A DNA stretch of 64,000 nt from Octopus vulgaris (GCA_951406725.2 OX597828.1:53816001-53880000), one strand, 5' to 3'. Shown: positions 14,745-28,608, numbered from the stretch's first letter. Program-made: numbers and translations. Notes: generated by a model not told the origin, from the letters alone.

Positions 14745-14960
14745 AGAGGCGCATGGCTTAGTAGTTCGAGCTTTGGACTCATAATCGTAAGATTGTTCTC
14801 TCGATCCCTGGACTGGGCAATACGTTGCATTTGGGAATATAGACACTTCATTTCACGTTGCTCCTGTCCACTCACCTGGTAAAAATTAGTAATCATGCAA
14901 CGAACCGCCGTTTCGTCCAGGGAGGAATATATAAGCCAAAGAAACCGGGGAACTAGCTCT
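14745..14960 (+). mobile_element. tRNA-derived SINE (family B), decayed
   Basis: GGCGCATGGCTTAGTAGTT..GACTCATAATCGTAAG head; TTTCACGTTGCTCC.GTC.ACTCA.CTGG shared with 48918-49150. Confidence 0.65.
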
Positions 14961-15106
14961 ATGCTTCTTACAGACTAATGTGGATTAATACAAGTTATAG
15001 CCATAATAACAATGTTAAAAAAAATCTATGGTAACATGAAAACCAGGAAAAATTAACCGATGTAAGCCTATGTGTCCTGCAATGTTGAAATATTAACAAT
15101 GTATGT

Positions 15107-15226
15107 AATCTCTATGTAGGTATGGTGAAAGGTAAGTTCAAACAACGATACACCAACCACAATTCTGCCATTAGAAAAGCAGAAAACAAGAATTCATGGA
15201 AACTTTACAGTAATGTCTGTGATTAG
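15107..15226 (+). pseudogene. Penelope-like GIY-YIG endonuclease remnant
   Basis: Translates NLYVGMVKGKFKQRYTNHNSAIRKAENKNSWKL, matching the YIG..FK.RY.NH motif of PLE GIY-YIG domains. Confidence 0.65.
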
Positions 15227-15359
15227 AAAGAATATACTGCTGCTTTTGACATCAAGTCAAAGATGAATAATAGATGCATACTTGATATGTATCTATTATT
15301 CATCTTTGACTTGAATACACACAAACATACAGCCATCATATATATATATATATATATAC

Positions 15360-15997
15360 TCAACAATTGAGGGTAAAATTAATTAATTATTAATCAATTT
15401 CACCAAGTATTCAGTATGTAAAGGCACCATTTTAGGCGAATTCAAAATATTACATTATATATAAGGGCTTAGTAAAATAAATTACTTTGCCACATACTGA
15501 ACTCATTAGAAATAGCAGCTAAAGAAATTTCTTCAGCTATTTCTAATACTTAAAGAAGATCTCTCTCAGATAGTGTTTGCCTAAACCAACTCACAAAGGT
15601 ATGGGGGAAAAAACATTAAAAAATCAAGTGCAAAGGTTATTTGAGAACGTACGTTTCTAGATTAGTCAATTCGACATTTCTTTCGTCAGCTCAGAATTCC
15701 TTGAATCGGATTTGGGAACACTGAAAGTCGGGAGCATACCCTTTCGGCTTCTCATCACCTCTAGAATTCTGTTCGAACTAAAAGTGCTATCAAATCCGAA
15801 TATGCAAGCGAAGAATTTCTGCTCTCCCCTTTCCACCAGCATGGGTTAAAATTGACAAATACCATGTATTAACGGTGAAAACCGCAGCATTTAACAGAGA
15901 GAGATGAATTATAATTTCAACAATTGAGGGTAAAATTAATTAATTATTAATCAATTTCACCAAGTATTCAGTATGTAAAGGGACCATTTTAGGCGAA
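15360..15997. mobile_element. Non-coding insert with 81-bp terminal direct repeats in (TA)n (pLTR-like)
   Basis: TCAACAATTGAGGG...TTTTAGGCGAA at 15360-15440 and 15917-15997; (TA)n on both sides. Confidence 0.6.
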
Positions 15998-16000
15998 ATA

Positions 16001-16040
<40 letters not shown>

Positions 16041-16169
16041 GTTGAGATTCTTTCAGTATCCGTCTAGAAAAGCCACTCGCAAGGTTTTGGTTGGCCTGAG
16101 GTTATAGTGGAAGAGACTTACCCAACGTACTACGCAGTGGCACTGAACGTGTGTGTGTTTGTGTGCGTG

Positions 16170-16500
16170 TGAATATAAAAAAAGTTCATTCTTTCAGTGA
16201 TTCCTAATCTCATTCTAGCAGATTGAGAAGTGTTTTCAAATGCAAGTTGTATTTTTTTGGCTCAGAGGTGCAAGAAGTGTATGGCTTGGTTCGTTTTTTC
16301 TGGAGCTTATTTTGCTTATATATACTATATTTGAATGTAGGGGACATCGTAAAGATTGCTTAGAGAATTAGATAGATCGATGATAAATATAAATATGTGT
16401 TTGTTTTGTGATTAGTAAATCTCATAAAATTTTATAAATTTGATTTGTTAGCGAGTGGGAGTATTGTGTAAATGGATGTTATGGTATGGCAATTTAATAA
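16170..16500 (-). pseudogene. Second decayed Penelope GIY-YIG C-terminal remnant
   Basis: Minus-strand pieces FMRFTNHKT and KPYTS..KKYNLHL resemble F..R..NH and PY...K.CNLCL of PLE endonucleases; heavily degenerate. Confidence 0.4.
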
Positions 16501-16635
16501 ACAAGCCTTATTAGGGCTTAAGTTATCTCCTTTAGGCAACTCATTGTTGTAAGAAAGGGAATATTTTTTGTGGCGGATAAAATAGCAATGACTGCTAAGG
16601 GAATCGTATATTTTTGAGAAAGTTAGTTAAATTAT

Positions 16636-16709
16636 TGGGTGGAGTGTACATGAAGGACATGGGTGGAGTGTACATGAAGGGCATGGGTGGAGTGTGCAAG
16701 AAGGACATG
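16636..16709. repeat. 24-bp minisatellite x3
   Basis: TGGGTGGAGTGTACATGAAGGACA repeated three times with small variants. Confidence 0.9.
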
Positions 16710-16904
16710 AGTTCATGATACTTAGTGAGACATAGAATAGAGTGTTCGTTAGCCGATATTGAATACTTTCAGGAACACACACAAACACACATATCGCTAT
16801 TTCTCTCATACATACGCATACATACATGCACACACACATTTACGTACGTACATGCATACATGCACATATATATGTATGCATATACATATAGCTATTATGT
16901 GTTT

Positions 16905-17030
16905 AAGGCGGCGAAATTACAGAATCGTTAGAACGGCGGGCGAAACAGTTAACGGCATTTCGTCCGTCTTCACGTTCTGAGTTCAAATTCCACCGAGGTC
17001 GACTTTGACTTTCATCCTTTCGGTGTAGAT
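16905..17030 (+). mobile_element. MetaSINE-like SINE (family C) fragment
   Basis: AAGGCGGCGA..AGAATCGTTAG..CGTTCTGAGTTCAAATTCC.CCGAGGTCGACTTTG.CTTTCATCCTTTCGG. Confidence 0.75.
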
Positions 17031-17039
17031 ACAATATTT

Positions 17040-17360
17040 AAAAGGAGCACTCCGTCGGTTACGACGACGAGGATCCCAACTGATATGATCAACGGAACAG
17101 CTTGCTCATGAAATTAACGTACAAGTGGCTGAGCACTCCACAGGCACGTGTACCCTTAACGTAGTTTTCAGGGAGATTAAAAGGGTGTGACAAGGCTGGC
17201 CCTTTGAAATACAGGTACTACTCATTTTTGCCAGCTGAGTGGACTGGAGCAAAGTGAAATAAAGTGTCTTGTCCAAGGACACAACGCGTCACTGGGAATT
17301 GAACTCACAACCTTACAACTGTTAGCCGAATGCCCTAACCACTAAGCCACGGGCCTCCAC
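17040..17360 (-). mobile_element. tRNA-derived SINE (family B-related)
   Basis: Minus-strand head GGAGGCCCGTGGCTTAGTGGTTAGGGCATTCGGC; body TTTATTTCAC.TTGCTCCAGTCCACTCAGCTGGCAAAAATGAGT. Confidence 0.7.
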
Positions 17361-17776
17361 ATAGATACAGTAGGTATCTAGTGTCGATGTTATTGACATG
17401 CCATCCCCCACCCCCGGAAATGCTAACCTTGTGCAAACTTGAAGCCATTACATGTATATGTATGCGTGTATGCATGTGCGTGTGCATAATTGTGTAAATG
17501 TGTGTATGTGTGTATGTGTATGCGGGTGTATCTGTGGATGCGTGTCTTAACCAAGGACTGGTCGTATGGTCAAATCTCTTTTTTTTTTCGTCTGTCATCT
17601 GCAACATTTCGCTATAACTTAGAAAGAAATGTAATTACATGCATGCATACATACATACATACATACATACATACATGCATGCATACATACATACATACAT
17701 ACATACATACATACATACATACATACATACATACATACATACGTGTGTGTATGTATGTTAATAAATCGATAGATAA

Positions 17777-17872
<96 letters not shown>

Positions 17873-17976
17873 GTAGATAGATAGACAGACATACACACTC
17901 ACACATATCAGCCTATATATGTACATACACACATACATACATGTGTGTATACATTATATCTTTGTGCATATGTATG

Positions 17977-18027
<51 letters not shown>

Positions 18028-18986
18028 ACACACACATACACATTCCTATAGGATTCAGACTCCCAGATGTGTCAATATAAAGTCCAGCTTCAGTATTTCT
18101 GAGCCAGGAACATATTTTCCACTGCCGTAAATTCTTAAGCCGCTCTAAGTCTCCACAGACAGCAGGAATTCCGAAATGACCAATCGCAGAAATAGAAAAC
18201 CGTATACACAACCCGTATGGTTTTCTGTACGTCTGTGTATAGACGTATGAATGGCTGTATACATGTACGTATATACGCGTTATGTGTTTATGTGTGTCTT
18301 TGTGTGTGTGCGTGTGTGTGTGTGCGCGTGTCTCTGTGAGTGTGTGTGTGTGTGTGTAGCTTACTCCCCCACCAACATCACCACGACGTCATCGCTTTCC
18401 CGCTCTTCCCCATTGACCACCATTTTGTTCTCTCTAATGGATACATTCACCAAAATGGACTCCATTCACCGATCATCCCCCCAAAACACCCACCTCCATC
18501 TCCGCCATATATATTAATCTCCAAATATATTATTAGTACATATGTGTTCTTTTACTTTCATATTTTCATATTATTCCTTTATTCATCCATTCCAGTTCGT
18601 CAATCCTTCATTCCATGTTCGTATTCTTCATCCTACTCGCTTAATTCTTCATTTTCCCCCCAATTCTCCTCTCATTTTACTCCTTCGCTTTTTGTCTTTT
18701 TTTTTTTCGTTCATTCATTTTTTTCTCATATATATATATAAATATATATATATGTATATATATGTATGTATGTATATATGTATATATATATATATATTTC
18801 ATTTTTTTATTGGAATTTTTTCGCATTTTTATTTCTTTCTTTATGTTTAAATTTTTATTCATTCATTTATTTCATTCTCCTTGTGATTCTTTCATTTTTC
18901 TTCCTTGCAATAAATCTCATGTTGTGATGTTCTATGCAGAATTCTTCAGTTTAATGCGCGCGCACAAACATTTATGTTTGTGAGTG

Positions 18987-19036
<50 letters not shown>

Positions 19037-19278
19037 TGTATGTATGCATGTATGTATGCATGTATGTATGTATGTATGTATGTATGTATGGATGGATGGA
19101 TGGATGGATGGATGTATATATATATATATACATATATATACATGTTTATGCATATATGTATATTGCATGATATGAATAGGTTTGTACCATAAATGCATGG
19201 TTATACATGAATGGCGTATGCGTATGCATATATACATGTGTGTGTGGATGTATGTGTGTGTGTCAGTGTGTCAGTGCC

Positions 19279-19314
<36 letters not shown>

Positions 19315-19589
19315 CGTGTGCGTGTGTGTGCACTTGTGCGTGAGTGCCGTGCTCGGTTTGCCAAGTCCTCTTGCATTAGAAAAAGCAAAGCCCAACCTGG
19401 ACAGCTTTTGAGGCTTTGAGAAGGCGATATGGTGTGAGTGTAGTAAATAATGGACCAAAATTATGAAGAACTTAGAAAATCGTGTAACGCACACAAAGAT
19501 GGCGGCCAGTGAATGGGGTTAGCAACAGAGGTGAAACCTCGCCAATTTGTAGCTCCTTCTTACTTCTTTATTGCTCACACACACTCTTA

Positions 19590-19637
<48 letters not shown>

Positions 19638-20042
19638 TTCCTTACTCTAGCATTTTTTTCCTATGTGACTTAATATTCTTCACACGAAAACAAACTTTAC
19701 AGATTCACAGCGTGTTAATTCTTATGAATTATGGTGTATTAAAAATAACAATCAGCAGTGTAGAATAAGTGTAAGCACAGCCGATAGTCTTTGGATGTGG
19801 TTTCGATTCCATGGCAAGCGATCTCACTTGTTTCCCTATCCATGCTTTAGTCCTCTGAGACATTTATCCCCTTTCACACACAATAATTTCTTCATACTCA
19901 ATTTGAGCTCATGTTAAAGTGAAGGTTAACTACAAAGGAAAAAGATCCGTTTTGAGAAGCAGATTATTTTGTATGGCAACTCTTAATTGAAAATACAAAA
20001 GAAGATATTCACTAGAATAGCTATTTATATTATCCAAAATGA

Positions 20043-20101
<59 letters not shown>

Positions 20102-20418
20102 TACAGGTAGACAGAGAGAAAGACAGACATACAGACGGACGGACGGACGGACGGACGGACGGACGGACGGACGGACGGACGGACGGACAGGCGGAAAGAC
20201 TGTCAGATAATTTGATAGACATAAATAGATACAAGTCAACATGTGTGTGCGTATGTGTGTGAGTCCATCTATTTATGCTTGTATGTAAGTATATATATGT
20301 GTGTGTATGTGTGTATGTATGTATGTATATCGATAGTGATGCAGATAAGCACAAGTAGGCTTCATAAATATACATATATATATGTACACCTATACATATA
20401 CACATATAGATAGACATG

Positions 20419-20461
<43 letters not shown>

Positions 20462-20648
20462 AGAGAGAGAGAGAGAGAGAGAGAGTGTGTGAGTGAGAGA
20501 GAGAGAGAGAGTGTGTGAGAGAGATCTATACATATAACGATATATATAACCAACGACATTCAGAAGACAGCCTATATATAAGTACAAGCATATATATACA
20601 TATATGTGTGTGTGTGTGTATGTGCGTGTGTGTGTATGTATATATATG

Positions 20649-20689
<41 letters not shown>

Positions 20690-21294
20690 AGGCAAATGAA
20701 TTTACATACTTACATACAGTATGCGACAGAGTTCATAGTTTTTTTTATGTTTATATTTTTATATAAGCCATTTATAGACATATTAAATTACATACATTCA
20801 GTTATATATGTAATTTCAAATTTTAGATCTATTCGCAATGTGTGACATTTATATGTGACACCTAAGTGTGACAGCTATGTGTGACAGCTATATATCATAC
20901 ATTTGCAGTTTACGTTAATTTCTCTCTTACACTGCTATGTCAAAACAGGGCAGCCATTGTAATTCTTTTGTTTCGAGTCATCTACATTCATTAACTTTAA
21001 AATATTGCACTCAACAGAGCAATCTTTTATACGAAATAGATACTTCTTCAAAAGCACCGATAGATATTCTTTGAAAGGTAATTCTAATCTGGTTGTGGAG
21101 ATAATGGTGAGTGGTTTTGAACAAATTCCAGAAGGAGGAAAGTAAAAGACAAGCATAGATTTCTAAACAAAAATGATGCCGGATGAGCAAAATCTAAGGG
21201 ATTTTCATACAGGAATATCACCTAATCATGGAGAAAATTATAATGATAATATGGATAATACACTCATACAGATATATGTATATATACACACACA

Positions 21295-21362
<68 letters not shown>

Positions 21363-21430
21363 GTTGGAATTTACAAAAAGAAACGAAGACGAGTGTGTAA
21401 ACAAGAAAAAAGATGTAGTAGTGAGAAAGT

Positions 21431-21466
21431 CTTTTACGTTTCGAGCCTATGCTCTTCAACAGAAAG
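21431..21466 (-). ncRNA. Minimal hammerhead-like motif (non-canonical)
   Basis: CTTT-CTGTTGA-A-GAGC ATAG GCTC-GAAA-CG-TA-AAAG; second copy at 59908-59943 (+). Confidence 0.4.
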
Positions 21467-21712
21467 GAACACAGAAATAAACAAGGAGAGAAAATTAAGA
21501 AAAGATTTAGTGGCTAGCGATCAATCGAGACAGAGCTACAGATAGACAAACAGACAGACAGAAAGATAGATAGATAAATAGATGAATAAATAGATAAATC
21601 AATAAAATGTTGACAGATATGTATGTTTGCGCTGTATATGTTTATATATATGCATATAAAAAATATATATGTATGTACGCATCATACTCGCACGTACATA
21701 TGTCTATATATA

Positions 21713-21900
21713 AGGCGTAGGAATAGCTGTGTGGTAAGTAGCTTGCTTACCAACCACATGGTTCCGGGTTCAGTCCCACTCACAGAATAACTACTAGGCA
21801 TACAAAGAATAAGTCCTGGGGTCGATTTGCTCGACTAAGGGCGGTGCTCCAGCATGGTCACAGTCAAATAACTGAAATAAGTAAAAGAGTAAAAGAGTAT
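21713..21900 (+). mobile_element. Internally deleted SINE family A
   Basis: Head and tail of family A joined directly. Confidence 0.8.
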
Positions 21901-22004
21901 ATGTGTTTGTCCTGTACCCATATATGCATGTATATATACATGTAGGGGTAGGTACGTACATATATGTATGCATATATGCATATGTTTTATTTTATTTATT
22001 AATT

Positions 22005-22047
<43 letters not shown>

Positions 22048-22531
22048 GCATATACGTATATATAGATATGTGTGTATATATATATATATGTATATATATA
22101 CATATATATATACATATAAATATAAATATATATATGTATGCATGTGTGTGTATATATAAATACATATCTATACATATACATATCAATTTGAAACAGCACT
22201 CAATTTTGAAATTATCTGCTAATTAAGAGCCTATTATAGCCTAATTGTGTTCATTGTGTGATGAGTAATATCAGGAAGGAAAATTTGAGTAAGCAATATC
22301 ATTTATCGAATGGCTACACATACACACCTACACCCAACCCCTAACCCTCCTACCCACACCCACCCTACACCACACACATATATATATATATGTATATATG
22401 CATTAGTAAATACTTACGCGTATAAATATATATATATATTTATATGTGTGTGTTCGTATACACACACACACACATATATATACGCACGCACTTGCAGCTA
22501 TATATATATATATATACATATTTGTGTAAGT

Positions 22532-22615
<84 letters not shown>

Positions 22616-22758
22616 GTATGTATGTATATGTGTGTATATATCTGTACATCTGTGAATTTATATTTGTGAGTGCGTTTATTGCGCACTTGTGTGGGTATAT
22701 GCTAGAGTGTACATTTGCACATGTATATGTTATGTACGTGTGTGTACGCACGTGTGTG

Positions 22759-22791
<33 letters not shown>

Positions 22792-22879
22792 TTATGTGTG
22801 TGCGTGTGTGTTTACTGAAATTTTAGAATCAGAGGAAACGATCCATAATAATAATAATAATAATAATAATAATCCTTTC

Positions 22880-23308
22880 TACGAAAGAAGCAAGGCCTGA
22901 AATTTGAGGGAAGAGGATAAGTCGATTACATTGACCCCAGTGCGTAACTGGTACTTAATTTATCGACCCTGAAAGGATGAAAGGCAAAGTCGACCTCGGC
23001 GGAATTTGAGCTCAGAACATATGGTCGGACGAAATACCGCAAGGCATTTTGCCCGGCGTGCTAACGATTCTGCCAGCTTGCCACCTTAATAATAATAATA
23101 CCAATTCTTTCCACTACAAACACAAGGCCTGAAATTTTGGGGGAAGGTACCAGTCAGTTAGATCGACCCCAGTACGCAATTGGTACTTAATTTATCGACC
23201 CCGAAAGGATGAAAGGCAAAGTCGATCTTATCAGAATTTTAACTCAGAACGTAAAGACGGACGAAATGCTGCTAAGCATTTTGCCCGGTGTGCTAATGAT
23301 TCGCCGCC

Positions 23309-23353
<45 letters not shown>

Positions 23354-23600
23354 TCCGGGTATTATTATCATTATTATTATTCTTAATAAGGCGGCGAGCT
23401 AGCAGAATCGTTAGCACGCGGACAAAACGCCTGGCGACATTTCTTCCGTCCGTACGTTCAGAGTTCACATTACGCCGAGGTCGACCTTACCTTTCATCCC
23501 CTCGGGGTCGATTAAATAAATAGTATTTGAGTACTGGTGTCGATGTAATCGACTACCTACCTCTCCTAAAATTGCTGGCCTAGTGCCAAAAATTTGAAAT
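22880..23600. mobile_element. Cluster of MetaSINE-like family C copies (two on -, one on +) in (TAA)n
   Basis: Repeated GAAAGGATGAAAGGCAAAGTCGA / CCTTTCATCC..GGGGTCGAT motifs separated by (TAA)n. Confidence 0.8.
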
Positions 23601-23826
23601 CATTATTATTTTTGGCAGAATCGTTAAACTGAATTCTTCACAACAGTCTTCTCTCCTCTCAGTTCAAATCTCGCTGAGGTTAACTTTGCGTTTAGGCCTC
23701 AGGTTTGATAAAATAAGTATTAGTATTGCTTTAGAGTCCATACACTCGACTAATACACGCTCTCTTAAATTTTAATACTTTTGGTTCCAGGAGAAATAAT
23801 TATTGTTATTATTAGTATTATTATTA

Positions 23827-23878
<52 letters not shown>

Positions 23879-23919
23879 CATTATTATTATTATTATTATT
23901 ATCATCATTATTATTATCT

Positions 23920-24000
23920 TATGTTTGACTTTTGCTTTACATTTGTACAAGTTGGCTCCAAGTCTCACCCAGAGACCTCAAGAGACAATAAGTTGAAGTG
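23920..24000 (-). mobile_element. Dong/R4 LINE extreme 3' end fragment abutting (TTA)n
   Basis: ATGTTTGACTTT..GTTG.CTCCAAGTCTCAC.C.GAGACCTCAA matches the 3' UTR at 28897-28975. Confidence 0.75.
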
Positions 24001-24049
24001 TTTGTTCGACTAGGTGCTGCTGGCTTAAATACGCACGACTCAAGTTAGA

Positions 24050-24158
24050 GAAGGAGTGCGTATTATACACAAAGTTTAGGTTTCTCAGAGGTACAGCTCC
24101 CTAAATAATCCCCCGCGTATTATACTCAAGGGCGAACTATACTCGAAGATTTACGGTA
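24050..24158. mobile_element. pogo/Tc2-type MITE terminus
   Basis: Ends in TATACTCGAAGATTTACGG-TA with subterminal GCGTATTATAC repeats. Confidence 0.5.
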
Positions 24159-24191
24159 TATATAAATATAAATATAAATATAAATATATAT

Positions 24192-24266
<75 letters not shown>

Positions 24267-24269
<3 letters not shown>

Positions 24270-24425
24270 GACGGGCTTCTTTCAGTTTCCGTCTACAAAA
24301 TCTACTCGGAGGGTTTTCTTCGGTCTGAGGCTGTAGTAAGAAACACGTGCCAACGGTGCCATACAATAGGACTGAACCCCTGACCATTTGGTTGGAAAGG
24401 AAATTTCTTACTACACAGCCACGCC
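24267..24425 (-). mobile_element. SINE family A 5' half
   Basis: CGACGGGCTTCTTTCAGTTTCCGTCTAC...ACACAGCCACGCC. Confidence 0.8.
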
Positions 24426-25139
24426 TGAAATGAAGCAGTTAGTCAATTAAATCGACCCCACGGGTAATATACTTTATTGTCTCCGAAAAGATGAAAGACA
24501 AAGTCAACTTCGGCGAGATTTGAGCTCAGAACGCGAAGAGTTTCAAAACAAATTATTAATAGAAAGAATTTTGTTCGACGCTCCAGCGTTTCTGGCCGCT
24601 CGCCACCTGTCACTAATAATAATAATTTCGTTATATTGACGTAGAAGCATCAGAGGTCAGTGCAGCGTTCAATGATTTTGTTACAAGAAAACACTGAAGA
24701 AATATTACACACCACTGTGGCTTTTTATCAAAATCTTCTCACTTAGCAGAAATAGATCCTGATAGGTCACAGATGATTTGAACCCACGCCGGGCTTGTCT
24801 GGACTCGGATTACACAAGAAGTCTAAACCTGTCAGCTAAGTTTCTAATATGTTTATATGAGACGTTGGAAGATGATGTGAGGATATCGTCAGATCAGATG
24901 ATCTGGTGACATAAACATCGTATCATTATATACATAGATGCGTATTGTACAGACACACACACACAAACACATATGTACGTGGGTATCTATGAATGTATTT
25001 ATATATCTACTACATATACATTTATATACATATGCAAACATACACAGATATGTGTCTGCACACACACACACACACATATATATTTATATATATATGTATG
25101 TATATAGATAGATATATGTATATATCTAAATATATAAAA

Positions 25140-25182
<43 letters not shown>

Positions 25183-25327
25183 TATATTTACTTATATATA
25201 ATATATATATATACATATACATACACGTAAGCATATCTATACTCACACACGCACATACACACACATACGTATACATATGCATATATATATATACATATAT
25301 ACATATATATATACATATATACATATA

Positions 25328-25395
<68 letters not shown>

Positions 25396-26949
25396 CATAT
25401 ATATATATAAATACATATATATAAAAATATACATATACAAATGTATGTATTTACATACATATATATAAATATATGTGTGCGTCTGTGTGTGTAGATATGT
25501 GTGTGTACAGATTATTTCTTATCCATATTACGACCTCTGTACCATATACTTTGCAAGCTAATCCGATCCCTGCCAGAATAGGTCAGAAAGACTAAACAGG
25601 CACACATAAAAACAATCACACACAGACACACAGACACACATATATACGCATACACATATAAACACGTGCGCGCGCATACACAAACACAGACACACGCACG
25701 CACAAACAGAGACACGGAAATATTTTATTCTTTAACAGATTTCAGCGAGTGGATTGTGGCCATGCTGGGATATTATTCTCAAATGTTTAGTTGACTATAT
25801 CGACCATAGTTACTAATTTTATTGGGACAAATTTGTCGAAACGCTTAGTTACTGGACTCAGTATAAGCAGACATAAAAATGACCACGGACATATAATTAT
25901 GCTGAGAGGGAGAGGAAAACATCATGACGTTTCGGAAGTTGGTCTTTGTCATGTTGTATGAATTAAGAAAAGAAATGGATGAAGCAGAAGAGATTCTACA
26001 CTCCAGACGCTGAGGACTATTAAAAGGTTACGTAATAAGGTATACTGGGAGTCGAGATTAATATCAGAATTAAAGATCTGGAGTAGGGGTTAGAAAAAAA
26101 AAAATGCAATAGCCGAAGAATGTCCAAAAATGTGTCAACGCTCACAGAAGGAAATTAAGAGGGGTGCCTTTTTTCGGTTTGAAGGAATCTATTTTCTATA
26201 AAGTGAGAAATAACAATACTCGTGAGAATAGATCAGTCTTCCACCCCGGAATTGAATTTCACAGTCCTTGATATAATCAACATAGAGCTACCCAAGAAAT
26301 ATCCATTATGTACGAGGATGCATCGTACTTGATTTTTGATCGAAGAAGAGATGAGACTAGACTACAAACACGACAGAAATGATAAGTAATTGATAAAATG
26401 AACCGAGTTTCTTCATATCACAGTACAAATAAATGCGAGGCTTAGGGTTCTTTTTTGTTCATATTGACCCATGAAGGCCTAACAGATTCTTGAACAATAC
26501 GTGGAGGAAAAGAAATGGTTCCAGAGAATATGTAATCAAGAACGTGAGGTACCCGAAATGACGTCGGTTGCGACTTCCCATCTATACTGTCGGTCGTTTG
26601 CCCGAATCAGAAACTGAATCTCGTTTAAGCATTGCGTTTTTATCTGTACTAATTCTATTATTTTATGTAGTTGTTTGTGTTATCTCGCATTTTAAGACTT
26701 GTCGTTGCCTATTTTTTAATAACGCTTCTCAAAACCTCAATTCATTTTTGTTAATATGACTTGCATGTCCTTTCTCCACACGTATTATAAGCTCCATTTC
26801 TTTTATTGTATATAGAAATGATTTTAATGTAATGGGCCTAAGTGCTGAGAGATCAACAACTTATCATTAGTGCTTTGATGTTGTGCTCAATGATAAAGGC
26901 CCAAGTGGCCAATAAAAAAAATCATCATCATCATCATTATTACCATTTA

Positions 26950-27270
26950 AAGGCGGCGAGCTGGCAGAAACGTTAGCACGCGGGCGAAATGCTTAGCGGT
27001 ATTTCATCTACCGCTACGTTCTGAGTTCAAATTCCGCCGAGGTCGACTTTGCTTTTCATCCTTTCAGGGTCAATAAATTTAGTACCAGTAACGCACAGGG
27101 GTCGATATAATCGACTTAATCCGTTTGTCTGTCCTTGTTCGTTCTCTCAGTGTTTAGCCCCTTGTGGATAGTAAAGAAATAGGTATTTCGTCTGCTGCTA
27201 CGTTCTGAGTTCAAATTCCGCCGATATCGACTTTGCCTTTCATTCTTTCGGGGTCGATAAATTATGTACC
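26950..27270 (+). mobile_element. Dimeric MetaSINE-like family C
   Basis: AAGGCGGCGAGCTGGCAGAAACGTTAGC head and duplicated core; near-identical to 49372-49760. Confidence 0.88.
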
Positions 27271-28608
27271 AGTGTATGTAGGTCCCAACTCTGTCATGTC
27301 TGGGAATATATTCCTTCTTAGCCAGGACTGGGCAGCCAGAGACAGTATGATTTATTGTTTCTTGTCCATTTCCACATATTCTGCAGTTACTTTTTATGTT
27401 TCTTTTCATTACATGCTTTTTGTCATTTCTGGTGGAGAGACTTAGCTCTTGTGCTGTAATTAAAAATCCTTCAGTCTCTGCTTTGAATCTTGATCTTCTC
27501 AGCCATTGCTGGGATTTTGCTTTGTCTATTTCTTTTCTGTTTAGCGTAACCCAGTATTTGCCATGAAGGGGCTTTTCTTGCCATCGTTTTATCATGATCC
27601 GTTGCTGTTCCAGTTTTAGTTTGGATTTCAGTTGTTTTACAGCTTTTGTTGTTTCTTCTTTTTCTTCATAGTTGTTAGGTACTATGACTGATTTTTTTTG
27701 TATTTGTCAGCTTCCTTAAAGACTGAAAACAGTTTTTGTTTTGTTCGTGTTTTGTGGCTATTTGTATTAGTTTTCCTTGCTTCTGAAGTAGGTATTTTTG
27801 CAGTCCTATGGTGGTTATTTTGTAATAGTTGTCTAGCTGTAAAAGGCCTCTACCACCTTCTATACATTGTATATATAACCTTTCTATGTCAGATTTCGGG
27901 TGGTGCACCTTAGATCCTGTCATTATTTTCTTGTTTTCCTGTCTATTTTGATTAGTTCATTTAGTGTCCAGTTAAGGATATTGTAGCTGTAACTTATAAC
28001 TGGGACGGCTAAAGTGTTGATACCTATTATCTTGTTTTTCGCATTGAGTTCTATTTTCAGTATTAATCTAGCTCGTTTATAGTATTCTTTTTTTTTCTCT
28101 CTGTTTCATTTGTGTGTGTTGTATCGTATCTAGTTCATTGATTCCTAAATATTTGTATGTCTCGCTTTGGTCTACTTCTCTTATTTCATTTGCTTTATGT
28201 AGTATGATTTAGCTACTCTTTACTAGTTTTCCTCTTTTCAAGGTTGCTTTGGCACATTTTTCTAAGCCAAATTTCATATTTATTTCTTTGGTAAATCTAT
28301 GTGCTGTCAGTAGTAGTGTTTCCAGCTGTTTATCATTTGTAGCGTACAGTTTTAGGTCATCCATATATAAAAGGTGGCTCATTATTTTGCCGTAACAGTT
28401 GTATCAGCATCCAGTTCTGTTTAGCATATCAGATAAAGGTAGCAGTGCCAAGCAGAAAAGGAGTGGAGAGAGCGTGTCTCCTTGGAATACTCCTCTTCTA
28501 ACGGGGATGGCTTTGGTTTTTATGAGTCCCCCTTTTGTTTGGAGCTGTAGCACTGTCTGCCATTTATTCATAGAGTGTTTTATGAATTTTATGATTATTG
28601 GTGCTACC
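27270..28608 (-). mobile_element. Dong/R4-clade non-LTR retrotransposon fragment (RT C-half plus CCHC finger), pseudogenized
   Basis: Minus strand: RRGVFQGDTLSPLLFCLAL, HLLYMDDLKLYA, HHPKSDIERLY..GGRGL, WQEKPLHG, CRICGNGQETINHTVSGC..YIPRHDRV. Confidence 0.93.

Noticed and set aside
16636-16709. CRISPR-like array
   Set aside because: Contiguous 24-bp tandem units without spacers, in a eukaryotic context.
25900-26840. Possible pogo/Tigger transposase remnant (minus strand KEMELIIRVEKG)
   Set aside because: Only one short motif; no DDE motifs or TIRs could be confirmed.
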